Positions 50,670 to 62,949 of a stretch of DNA of 64,000 nt are shown one piece after another. Numbering within the stretch: the first letter of the stretch is position 1; the number at the start of each line of letters is the position of its first letter. The notes below the pieces were generated by a model. It did not search any database. It saw only the letters and a list, made by a program, of their open reading frames with translations, and had not been told where the DNA came from. The stretch lies in NCBI RefSeq assembly GCF_020745735.1, contig NC_083419.1, forward strand, positions 42,368,085 through 42,432,084, written 5' to 3'. The stretch is from Hemiscyllium ocellatum (Eukaryota). The translations under genes were made by a program, and so were the position numbers.

Positions 50670-51580
50670 TCATTGGAGAAAAGGAGGAGGAGAGGGAACC
50701 TAACTGAGGTATACAAGATAATGAGAGGCATAGGTAGAGTCAATAGCCAGAGACTATTTCCCAGGGCAGAAATGACTTAACACGAGGGGTCATAGTTTTA
50801 AGCTGGTTGGAGGAAAGTATAGAGGTGATGTCAGAGGCGGGTTCTTTACACAGAGAGTTGTGAGAGTTCAAAGTTTGTGCGAAGATTTGTAGCTCGGGTG
50901 CTTGTTGTAGTGGTTCTGTTCGCCGAGCTGGAATTTTGGTTGCAAACGTTTCGTCCCCTGGCTAGGAGACATCATCAGTGCTCTGGAGCCTCCTGCGAAG
51001 CGCTTCTTTGATGTTTCTTCCGGCATTTATAGTGGTCTGTCCTTGCCGCTTCCGGGTGTCAGTTTCAGCTGTCCGCTGTAGTGATTGGTATATTGGGTCG
51101 AGGTCGATGTGTCTGTTGATGGAGTTTGTGGATGAATGCCATGCCTCTAGGAATTCCCTGGCATGGCATTCATCCACAAACTCCATCAACAGACACATCG
51201 ACCTGGACCCAATATACCAACCATTACAGCGGACAGCTGAAACTGACACCCGGAAGCGGCAAGGACAGACCACTATAAATGCCGGAAGAAACATCAAAGA
51301 AGCGCTTCGCAGGAGGCTCCAGAGCACTGATGATGTCTCCTAGCCAGGGGACGAAACGTTTGCAACCAAAACTTCCAGCTCGGCGAACAGAACCACTACA
51401 GAGTTGTGAGAGCATGAAATGCATTGCCAGCAGCAATTGTGGAGGCAGGGTCATTGGGGACATTTAAGAGACATGCATATGGTCACAGAAATTTGAGGGT
51501 GCATACATGAGGATCAATGGTCGGCACAACATCATGGGCTGAAGGACCTCTTCTGTGCTGTACTGTTCTATGTTCTAAAT
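50670..51580 (+). mobile_element. CR1 LINE 3' fragment split by a Penelope palindrome
   Basis: ttggagaaaaggagg...ctttacacagagagttgtgagag | insertion | gcatgaaatgcattgccag...tgttctatgttct. Confidence 0.8.
50867..51399. mobile_element. Penelope foldback element: about 240-bp inverted arms, 14-nt loop, tail, 13-bp TSD
   Basis: Arms 50906-51145 and 51160-51400 are near-perfect reverse complements; TSD AGAGTTGTGAGAG at 50854-50866 and 51400-51412; same family as 5990-7255. Confidence 0.93.
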
Positions 51581-51869
51581 GAGTCCATTAATAGACCAGA
51601 GTTTTTTAAGCATGGTGGGAATAGTTAGTTGATACAACCTAAGGATCGGAAGTGTTTATTACAATAAGAAATCTGAATGGGTTAATGATTAGCAAATAAG
51701 ACATTTTTAAATTAAGGAATTAAGTAAAAATAAATCCTTTGTATATGATGTTTAATGTAAAATATATTATAATGGCCTTAAGGATAATGTTTGGGGGTTA
51801 GGTGCTGATTCCACAGATTCAAGTTCACAAAGACACCTAATTGTAATTTTAATGGACTCAAAAACTCTT

Positions 51870-52025
51870 AACGTTCACCTGTATCTGTGTTTTTGTTTTT
51901 GCCGCTGTTTTTACCTATTATTTACTTATCTATGCTACTTAACTCTGTGATCTGCCTGTATTGCTCGCAAAACAAATCTTTTCACTGTGCCTCGGTACAC
52001 ATGACAATAAATTCAATTCAATTCT
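51870..52025 (+). mobile_element. LINE 3' end (L2/Rex-Babar-like) with (ATTCA)n tail
   Basis: ttttcactgtgcctcggtacacatgacaataaattcaattcaattc. Confidence 0.55.
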
Positions 52026-52189
52026 AATGTCAAGAAACCAGTACAACAAAACTAAATGAATTGGACTCCATAGTCTAGCCTCTTGCTATCTCTGTAACCT
52101 CATGTCTAACAATTTCTGTGGCACATAAATGCCAATATAGTCAGGTTGAATGGCCTATTGGTGTTCTGTAAAATCATGACAATAATCCT

Positions 52190-53140
52190 GTAGAGTCATA
52201 GAGATATACAACTGGAAACAGGCCCTCCAGTCCAACTCATTCATGCTGACCAGATATCTTAACTTAGTCTAGTCCCGTTTACCAGCGCTTGGCTCATGTC
52301 CCTCCAAACCCATCCAGGTGCCTTTTAACTGTTGTAATTGTACCAGCCTCCACCACTTCTTCACACACCACCCTCTGAGTGAAAAAGATGCCTCTTAGGT
52401 ACCTTTTAAATCTTTCCCCGCTCACCCTAAACCTATGCCCTCTAGTTCTGGACTCCCCCACCCCAGGGAAAATACCTTGTCTATTTACCATATCCATGCC
52501 TCCCATGATTTTATAAACCTATCTAAGGTTACCCTTCAGCCTCTGATGTTCCAGGGAATACAGCCTGTTCAGCCTGTCCCTGTAGCTCAAATTCTGCAAC
52601 CCTGACAACATCCTTGTAAATCTTTTCTGAACCTTTTCAACTTTCACAACATCTTTCCGATAGGCAGGAGACCAGAATTGCACACAATATTCCAAAAGTG
52701 GCCAAACCAATGTTTTGTACAGCTGCAACATGACCTCCAACTCCTCGATGCTCTGTCCAATAAAGGAAAGCATATCAAGCACCTTCTTCACTATCCTATC
52801 TACCTGCAACTCTACTTTCAAGGAACTATGAACCTGCACTCCAAGGTCTCTGTTCAGCAACACTCCCCAGGAACTTACCATTAATGTATAAGTCCTGCCC
52901 TAATTTGCCTTTCCAAAATGTAGCAACTCACATTTATCTAAATTAAACTCCATCTGCCACTCCTCAGCCCATTGGCCCATCTGATCAAGATCCCATTGTA
53001 CTCTGAGGTAACCTTCTTCGCTGCGCACTACACCTCCAATTCTGGTGTCATCTGCAAACTACTATCTATACCTCCTATGTTCATATCCAAATCATTTATA
53101 TAAGTGACGAAAAGCAGTGAACCCAGCATTGATATTTGGG
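52190..53140 (-). mobile_element. CR1 LINE fragment, antisense
   Basis: Minus ORFs RDLGVQVHSSLKV...PLLEYCVQFWSP...VQKRFTRM. Confidence 0.9.
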
Positions 53141-53564
53141 GCAGTTCTGCATTGCTTTAGTATTGGCTTATTGCTCACTTCATGCTTACTTAGCCATGAT
53201 ATTAGCAGCCATGTTTTCAACTTGCAGTTCTAAGGTCTGGGAATTTACTCCTTAAACTCCTCGGCCCATTCCTGTTTTGTATTTAAAACATTCTTTGAAT
53301 GCTATTTGTTTAATCAGGTTTTTTGATCACTCATCCTCATAAAGTATATATTTCTTTGCCTCAGTATCATATTTTGTCTAATTACGCCCCTGTGAGATAG
53401 CTTACATCATCAATATTATAAAATGGCCATATAAATTTAGGTAGCTCCTGTGTAATGTTGTTATGAACAGATATTGCATTGTTCAAAGGAAATACATTCA
53501 CAGCAGTGGTCTCTAATATTTCCTAATGATAGATAAAGTAAAAACCATGAAGTGAAATAGACCT

Positions 53565-53912
53565 GAAGGTGGAGGTGCCATTGTTGGACTGGGATGAACA
53601 AAGTTGAGTGTGTGGTGCTAGAAAAGCACAGCAGATCAGGCAGCATCCGAGAAGCAGAAGAATTGACTTGTTTTGGCATAAGCCCTTCATCAGGAATGAG
53701 GCTTGTAGGCCAAGGGGGCTGAAAGATAAATGGTGGGGGGGGGGGGCGCGGTGGTAGCTGAGAATGCGATAGGTAGATGAAGGTGGGGCAAAGTCAGAAA
53801 TCACATGACACCAGGTTATAGTCCAGTCAGGTGACAAAGAAGCAGCACTCTGAAAGATTGTGATTTCAAATAAGCCTGTTGGACTATAACCTGGTGTCAT
53901 GTGACTTCTGAC
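53565..53912. mobile_element. Nested Penelope derivatives: short foldback (arms about 53793-53824 / 53876-53912) with another family's pLTR inserted in its tail
   Basis: gtcagaaatcacatgacaccaggttatagtcca and its reverse complement; 53605-53790 matches the 62950-63130 pLTR, with a degenerate hammerhead at about 53665-53695. Confidence 0.65.
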
Positions 53913-53989
53913 AAGGTCTATATGAGATGAGCACTAACACACAGTAGTGCTCACATATCCTCTACTCAACCATTACCATCAAAGGATCA

Positions 53990-55850
53990 ATGGTGGCTTA
54001 AAGAAGAGTGCAGAAGGGTGTTAGAGCAGCACCAAGCATACTAAAAATGAATCTACAAAACAGAGCTATTTGTGCCAAGCAGCATAAACAGCAAGTGTTA
54101 GAACTAATTGATCCTACAACCATTGGATTATATCTAGGTTTTACAGTCCTGCCACACACAGTCGTGAATGGCGGTGGACAATTAAACAACTCACTGGAGG
54201 AAGATGCTCCACAAATATCCCCATCCTCAATAATGAGAGCACCCAGCACAATGGGGCAAAAGGTAGGGCTGAAGCATTTGCAACAATCTTAAGCCAGAAA
54301 TGCCAAATAAATAATCCATCTCAGCCTCCTCTAGTGGTCCTAGCATCACAGATGCCAGTCTTCAGGCAATTTGATGATGTCAAGGAATAGTTGGAGGTAC
54401 TGAATACTGCAAAGGCTACAGACTCTGGCAACATTCCAACAATAGTACTGATGATTTATATCCAGAACTTACCACTCCCCTAGCCAAGCTGTTCCGGTGC
54501 AGTTATCATACTGGTATCTACCTGATAATGTGGAAAATTGTCCAGGTATGATCTATAAACAAAACGCAGGACAAATCCAACCCAGCCAATTACCACCCCA
54601 ACAGTCTACTCTCGATCATCATTAAAGTGATGGAAGGTGTCATCAACAGCACCTGCTCAGCCATAACCTGCTCAGTGATGCCCAGTTTGGGTTCTGCCAG
54701 GGCCACTCAGCTCCTGACCTTATTACAGCCTTGGTTCAAACATAGACAAAAATGCTGAATTCCAGAGATGAGGTGAGAGTGCATTCAAAGATCTTTGGCA
54801 TCAAGGAGCCCTAGCAAAACTGGAATCAATAGGCATCAAGGAGCAAACTCTCCACTGGTTAATCATACCTAGCACATAGGCAGATGATTGTAATTGGTGG
54901 AGGTCAGTCTTCTCAGCTCCAGGAGATCTCTGTAGGAGTTCCTCAGGATAGTGTCCCAGGCTCAACCATCTTCAGCTCTCTCTCCATCAAAAGGTCAAGA
55001 GTGGTTATGTTCACCAATGATTGCACAATATTCAACACCAATCACAATTCCTCAGACACTGAAGCAGTCCATTTTAAACACAGCAAGACCTGAATAATGG
55101 GCTGAAGAGTGGCAAATAACATTCATGTCACACAAATACCAGGTAATGACCATTTCCAATAAGAGATAATCTACCCTCAACCTTTGGATATTCAATGGCA
55201 TTATCATAACTGAATCTCCCACTATCAACAACCCGTGGGGTATCAATGACCAGAAACTCAGTTGATTCATTACATAAACACAGTGGTTACAAGAATAGGT
55301 CAGAGGCGAGGAATAATGCAGCAAGTGACTCACCTCCTGACTCCCCAAAACGAATCCACAGAACAAACTTGAGGAGTTTACTGGAAAAATCACCATTTGC
55401 CTGGATAAATGTAGCTCCACAACACTCAAGAAGTTTGGCTCCAACAAAGACATAACAACCTGCTTGATTGGCACCACATTAACAAAACTTCATGTCCTCC
55501 ACCACTAACACGCAATAGTAACAGTAGACATATACCATCATCAGGATGCATTGCAGAATTTCAAGTTAGATTGCCCCTTCCAAACCCATGACCATTATCA
55601 TCGAGAAGGACAAAGTCAGCAGATACATGGGAACACCCCCAATTGTAAAGTTTCCTCCATCCTGATATAGAAATATGTCACTGTTCTTTCAATGTTGCTG
55701 GGTCAAAATTCTGGAATTCCCTCTAATTGTATTCTGGGTCAAACCTATAGCATGTGGACTACAGCAGTTCAAGAAGGCAGCTCACCACCATTTCTCAAGG
55801 ACACCTAGGGACAGGCAATTGGCAGCAATGCCCACATCCCATAAGTGGAT
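53990..55850 (+). mobile_element. CR1-like LINE (second family), degenerate ORF2 to 3' end; a further degraded copy lies at about 57150-58350
   Basis: KATDSGNIP, SNPANYHP.SLLS, GVPQDSVPG, FTND, KSPFAW motifs. Confidence 0.8.
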
Positions 55851-58349
55851 AAAAAATATCCTGTGTTAAAAAAAATGTTTTCCCAGAACCAATCACGACA
55901 GTAGAATGGCAGAAACAGCATGCCAGGCTGTCTTGTATTGACCTTGATGTTCTTGCAACCAGAACTGTAAGTACTACCTGTCACTTGTAAATGACATTGA
56001 GGAATTAACATGGGGGCCTTGGTATCCTAGCACACTCTTCATCTTCCAGCTAGTCTCTCCACCAGTCTCACCTTGTGAAAGATAGGTTAGCAATAATAAT
56101 CATCATCAAGGCTTCCAAAGCTTTGTTGTATCTCAGAAGCCTTGCTTTCTTTGATCATGACTTTGACTGTCAAGCAATGTTTTTATCTTTTTCACTTCTA
56201 ATGTGAATTTTTGTTTCAATGACTTCTTTGATGTTCTACTGCATGAGAGAAAAAGATGAACCGTGTATGATCTCAGAAACTTCAGTGACATCATAAGTCT
56301 CCAGTGAAGTCAGCAACAATGGATTACTTAGCAACATTATTTTGGTAATGTGCATCACCAAGGAGACCAGACGAGATGAAAGACTAAGGAAAATGTTGTC
56401 ATGCTACTGACAGGAAATGAAAGCCTCACTGGAGAGAAATAGAGAGAAAGAGAACTTTTACCACATGGTAATTTTTCTATGTTACTGAATTTTTCATTAA
56501 CTCGCAAGAGCGTTGAACATGAGTTTTCCAGCCCCCTTAATGGGCACCAAACAGGACTAATTAAAATGAAATACAAGTCATAACAGTGACAGACATCTTA
56601 CTGACTAAACAATGGACAGGTATGACAATTATCTACATAAGTGTAAACAATGGACTGAGTATGATGGTATATCTGCAATTGCCAGTAGTGATCAATCTCT
56701 TAACCAATGAATCAGAGTAAAGGTCTGCACTACTGTTACACCTGATTGGTGAGAGATGCTTTTTGAACTGCGTGAACAAGGATTGACCTTGAATGAGTGG
56801 TGCAGATTGGTATATTCCAAGGTCCTTCCATGCTGAGGGACATACTAAAGATTGAGTCACCTGCTGCCAAGGCACAGTGGGGACAGATCACTGCCTGAGG
56901 TCTTTCTGCTGAAGTTAAGTGGGGGGGGGGGGGGGTCTGGGAAGTTATTGGACCCTCCCAGTACCTCAAATATATATAAATATAACCTTACACAAGTAAG
57001 AGATGCTTTGCTTTGTTTACTGGATACAGTACAACTCCAATGTTTGTTTTGTTTTCTTCAAATGCTATTGTACAGAACCAAACTGCTTTAATAACTATGT
57101 CTGTGTATGTTTTTGAATAAAGTATACTTTTGTATTTTAAAAAAACTGATGATGAATGGCGGTGGACGATTAAGCAGCTAATTAGAGATGTCTCCATGAG
57201 CAACCCTGTCCTCAATGTGACGGGGCCCTAAACAATTGCAAAAGACAGGGCTGAAGAACTCAAGTCATCTTCAACCTGAAATGTTGAGTGAATTATCAAG
57301 CTTAGTCTCCTCCAGAGATCTCAGCATCACTGATGCGAGTCCTCACTCAAATGGATTCACTCTGGGTGCTAAGGATTTGTGCTCCAGAATTAGTTGTGTC
57401 TGGAGACAAGCTGTTCCAGTACAGTTTGCAATGCTAACATCTGCCTGACATTGTGGAAAATAATCTAGGCATATTCTACAAAAAGTATTAACACATCGGT
57501 TTACCCTCAGTCATCATCAAAGTGATACCATGGTCATTGACAGTGCTGACAAGCATCACTCCCTCAAGAAGAACAAGCAAAACTGATTTCAATGGAAAAC
57601 AATGGGCGGGACATCTGTCTACAGATTGGAGTCAAACCTACCAAAAAGGAAGATGGTTGTAATTGTTGGAGGCAATTTCTCAACCCAAAACATTGCTACA
57701 AAATTTCTACATCAGAATTCGAGGTCCAACTAAGTGGCAAGTAATATTCATGCTGCACAAATACCAGGTAACATGGCTTTCCAATAAGAACAAGTCTAAG
57801 TGCCTCCTCTTGACATTTCACAGAACTACCATTGCTCAAGCCTCCACCATCAATGTCACCTTGAATAGAAATTTAAATGGGTCAGGCATTTAAATATGCA
57901 ACTAAAAGACCAGTTCAGAGGCTGAGAATTCTGTGGTGAGGAACTCACTATCTGGTGCCCTAAAGCTTTTCAATCACTGACAAAGTGTAGATCAGGAGTG
58001 TCTACTTTGCCGGACAAGTCCAACTCCAGTGATCCTCAAGAAGCTTGATATCATCTGGGAAAAATAACCCGCTTAAATGGCACCCATTCACAACCTTAAG
58101 CATTCACTTTGATCAGTGATGCAAAACAGCAGTAAAGTTACATCTTTAAAATGTAGCACAGGGACTCACCAAGTCTTTTTCTGCAGCAAATCACCAGGAC
58201 ATCTTCAACAATTACTCCAAAATCTTCAACCTTTCTTACTTAGAAGAACAAGGACAACAGGCACATGAGAATCCTGATTTGCAAATACATCAGTGTTCCT
58301 TCATCATTAGTGCTCATGAAGCTCCCTCCTGAATAGTGCTCTCAGTATA

Positions 58350-59220
58350 TGTTGCTGAACAAAGAGATGTTGGAGTGCAGGTTCATAGCTCCTTGAAAGT
58401 AGAGTGGCAGGTGGATAGGATCATGAAGAAGGCTTTGCTTTCCTTTAGGTATGCTTTCTTTTATTGGTCAGAATATTGAATACAGATGTTGGGAGGTCAT
58501 GTTGTGGCTGTACAGAACATTGGTTAGGCCACTCTTCCTGATGAATTTCCTGTTCCTTGGATGCTGCCTGACCTGCTGTGCTTTAACCAGCAACACATTT
58601 TCCACTCTTGGAATATGGCATGTAATTCTGGTCTCCTTCCTATTGGAGAGATGTTGTGAAACTTGGAAGGGTTCAGAAAAGATTTACAAGGATATTGTCA
58701 GGGTTGGAGGAATTGAGCTATAGGGAGAAGTTGAATAGGCTAGGGCTGTTTTCCCTGGAGCGTCAGAGGCTGAGGGGAGAGGTTATAGAGGTTTACAAAA
58801 TCATGAGGGGCATGGATAGGATAAATAAACAAAGTCTCTTCCCCGAGGTAAGGGAGTTTAGGACCAGAGGGCATAGGTTTAGGTGAGAGGGGAAAGATAT
58901 ATAAGAGACCCTAGGAGCAAATTTTTCAAGCAGAGGGTGGTACGTGTATGGAATGAGCTGCCAGAGGATGTGGTGGAGACTGGTACAATTGCAACATTTA
59001 AGAGGCATTTGGATGGGTATATGAATAGGAAGGGTTTGGAGGGATATGGGCCAGAACTAGATGGGGTTGGGTTATCTGGTCGGTGTGGACAAGTTGGACC
59101 GAAGGTTCTTTTTCAGTGTTGTACATTTAGAGTCATAGAGATGTACAGCATGGAAATAGACCAGACATCCCAACCCAATGTAGTCCCATCTGCCAGCACC
59201 CGGCCCATATCCCTCCAAAC
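58350..59220 (+). mobile_element. CR1 LINE 3' fragment containing a 65-nt Penelope tail insertion
   Basis: RVQKRFTRILSGLEELSYREKLNRLGLFSLE; insert at 58537-58601 with TSD CCACTCTT. Confidence 0.88.
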
Positions 59221-60109
59221 CCTTCCCTATATCTATGTGACATGGACTACAACATTTGAAGACGACAGCTCACCACCATCTTCTCATACACAATTAGGGA
59301 TTGACAATAAATTCTGTTCTCGCCAGCAAAACCAACATACAAAGTTTAATTTTAAAAGTTCACTGGTATAAACAATAAAACAGCACCTAATGTTTTATTT
59401 TTAAGGTTGTTGCCTGGTTTCTTTTCTGGGACAGCTTATTGGTCAGTACCTTCTATTTGAATAGCCTCACATTCTGCCAGCCCTTGAGCTGACAGGATGG
59501 TTATGATATAATGATGACAGGAACAGACATTGGGAGGTTTGAACTATTAGATGAAAAGAGCAGACACAGCAGGTAAGGCAATATAAATCAAACTTTTTAA
59601 TTTTACTTTTAAATTTTAATGCAGAAATACATAGACCTTGGATTGTAAATATAAAAAGCATTGGAATGTGTATCAAGGATGTTGAAATGTATGTAAAAAA
59701 TATGCAGAATCCATGGCTTTATAGAGGCTTACAATACAAAAGCACGGGAGTTCTTCTTAACCTTTATAAGCCAATGGTTCGACACTAAATAGAATATTGT
59801 GGCCAGTTCTGTGCACCACACTTTAGGATGGATATCATCTGGGAAAAGCAACTCGCTTGAATGGCACCTACCCACAACCTTCCAGAGGCTGCAGAGGACT
59901 TCAGTTACATGGAAATACTGGGGAAACTGTAGTTATTCTCCTTACAATAAAGAAGATTGAAGGAAGATTGCTAGATTCAAATCACAAAGTGTTTTCATAA
60001 AGTTAATAAGGAGAAACTAATTCCCCAAAGCAGAAAGGTCAGTAATCACAGGACAAGGATTTCAGCCAGAAGTGTTATGATCAAGAATAAGCTGCCTGAA
60101 CATAATAAT

Positions 60110-60270
60110 GTTAAAAATCACACAACAGTAGGTTATAGTCCAACAGGTTTATTTGGAAGCACTAGCTTTCAAGCCGCTCCTCTTCCTGTTGAGGAAGAGG
60201 ACTATAAACTGGTGTTGTGTGATTTAACATTTAATAACCCCAGTCCAACGCAGGTACCTCCAAATCATTC
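60110..60270. mobile_element. Short Penelope-derived foldback
   Basis: aaatcacacaacagtaggttatagtcc ... ggactataaactggtgttgtgtgattt, followed by a ccagtccaac tail. Confidence 0.6.
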
Positions 60271-60734
60271 ATCATAAAGGTGAATTGGACAGATCTTGAA
60301 AGAGAAAACATGATCAATTTATGGGGATTCATTTTTAGCTCTTTCTAAGAAAAATCACAGGCTTAGGAGGCATAATGGCCCTCTTCTTGGCTGTATCTTT
60401 TATGATTCTATAAAATTTGTCAAAGCTAGGAGATTCATTAGGAAAATGCAGGTAAACATATTAGATTCATCATGAGAGTGATTTGCAATTACTCAGAAAT
60501 GATGGAAATTATAATTGTTATTTGTAAAATGTCATTTGTGGTATTTAGAAAAACATTTATTTGGAGAATTTATTGGGAACAAAAGGAGCAATGTATTTGT
60601 TCTTGTTAGAATTCCTTGCATAGCTTTACACCTTATCTAAGGGAAATCCACTTGCAATAATTGCATCACTTTTTCTAAGATACTTGATCTAAATAGTAAA
60701 ATAGCTTAACTGCTTAACATAGTTCAAAATTAGC

Positions 60735-60993
60735 GAGTTTTGAGAAAATTTGTAGATCAGGTTGAGGTTCTTTTTCTCAGGGGGTGGTAAATGGTAGAAC
60801 AGGAAATGGCATCACCATAGGAAATGACCACCACCGGAAATGGCATCACCAACCCAAGGAAACCCAAACATATAAATAGAAAGCAGGAAACATCAGCAGT
60901 GCTTCATCTGGACGCCCACTGAAGATGTTTTCTAGTATGGTGACAAAACGTCTGAAAATGAACTTTCCAGCTCAGCGAGCAAACCTACATCCA
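60735..60993 (+). mobile_element. Penelope pLTR fragment with degenerate hammerhead
   Basis: CTGAAGA-TGTTTTCTAGTATGGTGAC-AAAACGTC at about 60919-60952; shares its end with 7880-8050. Confidence 0.6.
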
Positions 60994-62229
60994 TGGTACA
61001 TGATTACTCCAGCAATGTGGGCTCAGTTTACAATTCTTCTGTGTAGACACCTTGCCTGATTCATGCTGGATATTAACTGTGCCACCCTTCAATCTATGAT
61101 ATTAGATGTCTTTTTTATTCGAGAAAGAGATGCTTACAGTCTCTTTCAGTGCTTACAGTGGACAATGACTAATTATTACCTATGTAAACTAATATTTCAT
61201 TCAGCCCTAATACTTTGGCTCTAATGTAACTCAGTAAATTACAGCTCAAAAATAAGATAAAATTGTCACATTTCAAATATTCATCCATGATGTGTTGGAT
61301 AACCTTGTAAAAACAAAAGTGCTGGTATGGTTGTAAGAGAGTTTGGCATTCAATTTCTCAAACAATATGTTAGTTAACAGATATGTCTGGAGATCAGTGC
61401 TTTTTGTTCAGCATGTTTAGTCATGGACAAGTACATCTTTGTACTGGGCCTCATGTTCTTATTATGGTACCATTCACGGAGGAATTCTGAAGTTCTTACT
61501 TAGCTAGCCAGATAAATGCAGTAATAGCAGTGCAGTGGCTGTCGGCTCCTCAACTCCTCACCATAGTCTACAATATTCAAGTTAGGAGTTTAAGTATTCA
61601 TCAATTGTATGATGGGTGTCATCAAATCCTTTTGTCTTGTATTCATCAGAACTGAAATGCATGAAAAACTTCAGAAAGAAAACAACTATTTATACAGCAT
61701 GATAAGAGCGTGCTGATTAATTGGACTATGGTTGACATAGAAGTGTTAACTGTTTTAGGCAACTGATTAAAATCAAGCCAGGCAGGTTTGATTGGTGAAG
61801 ACATTACCAAGAGATTCCAGCAGAATTGGTTGTCTACTACCTCATTTTTTTCACTGAAAACATGCATTCCATAGAAGCATTCTTTTCATTTGTAAAGATC
61901 AAGGCATTGTGTATCAACAAATGTCATTTCTACTATACAAAAATGAACAACACTATGAGTTCAACTGATAATCTTCAGCTGGTTTCTAGTGTTCCTATTG
62001 CATTTCAATCAATCAACACCCTTTTCTCATGCTGAACAAATCATTGCTTCCTTTCTAAAATTGTTATTTTCAAGTGTTTCAGTCTTGATGAGTGCAAGAC
62101 AAAAAAGCCTCAACTGTATGTATCTTTTTAGCAAAGTTTAGGTATATGCATTCACACTGGAATTGTCTAGTGATGTATCTGTGGAGTGTGATTGATTGGG
62201 AGATATAATCTCAATAAAGTCTTGAGCAT

Positions 62230-62541
62230 GGCGGCACGGTGGCACAGTGGTTAGCACTACTGCCTCACAGTGTCTGAGATTGGGTTCAATTCCCGACTCA
62301 GGTGAATGACTGTGTGGAGTTTGCACATTCTCCCCATGTCTGCGTGGGTTTCCTCCAGGTGCTCCGGTTTCCTCCCACAGTCCAAAGATGTGCAGGTCAG
62401 GTGAATTGGCCATGCTAAATTGCCCGTAGTGTTAGGTAAGGGGTAAATGTAGGGGTACGGGTGGGTTGCGCTTCGGTGGGTCGGTGTGGACTTGTTGGGC
62501 CGAAGGGCCTGTTTCCACACTGTAAGTAATCTAATCTAATC
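62230..62541 (+). mobile_element. Full-length HE1/V-SINE-type SINE
   Basis: Near-identical to 33058-33372, including A/B boxes and the (TAATC)n tail. Confidence 0.9.
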
Positions 62542-62949
62542 ATGCAAGATGTGTTATATGATCCCTCAGTACAGATGTAACACATGAGCACACATGAATC
62601 AAGTTTCAGAGAATGCTCATGGCTTTGAAATGCTTGGTGCAATGGACAATGCACTCAAAATTGGGGGGGCCTGGAAATTTTCCTGCTTATAAACAGGGAG
62701 GTGCAAAGCACTCTTAGTATTGGCCGTCAGTCTTATTTCATAAGAGATGGCTTGGCAGAACAGCCAGGTAGCAAAGAGGAAGCTTAGATCAGGGCATTGC
62801 TGCAACACAGCAGCCTTCACATGAAGCTTGGATGTGAGGAAACTTGAAAGAGTGCAAGGATTATTAGTCAGAGTTCGGTAAGGGGACGGGATGTTCGGTC
62901 AGTGGGAATAGCATCTATCATTCTCGGGATGGCAGCCTATATTCTTTAA

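Noticed and set aside
50962-51343. Two near-identical 121-aa ORFs on opposite strands
   Set aside because: A direct consequence of the Penelope palindrome; half of each peptide is antisense translation of the GIY-YIG tail.
56630-56880. ORF-like stretch GQSLFTQFKKHLSPIR, and similarly 61640-62130
   Set aside because: More consistent with heavily degraded Penelope GIY-YIG remnants than with host exons.
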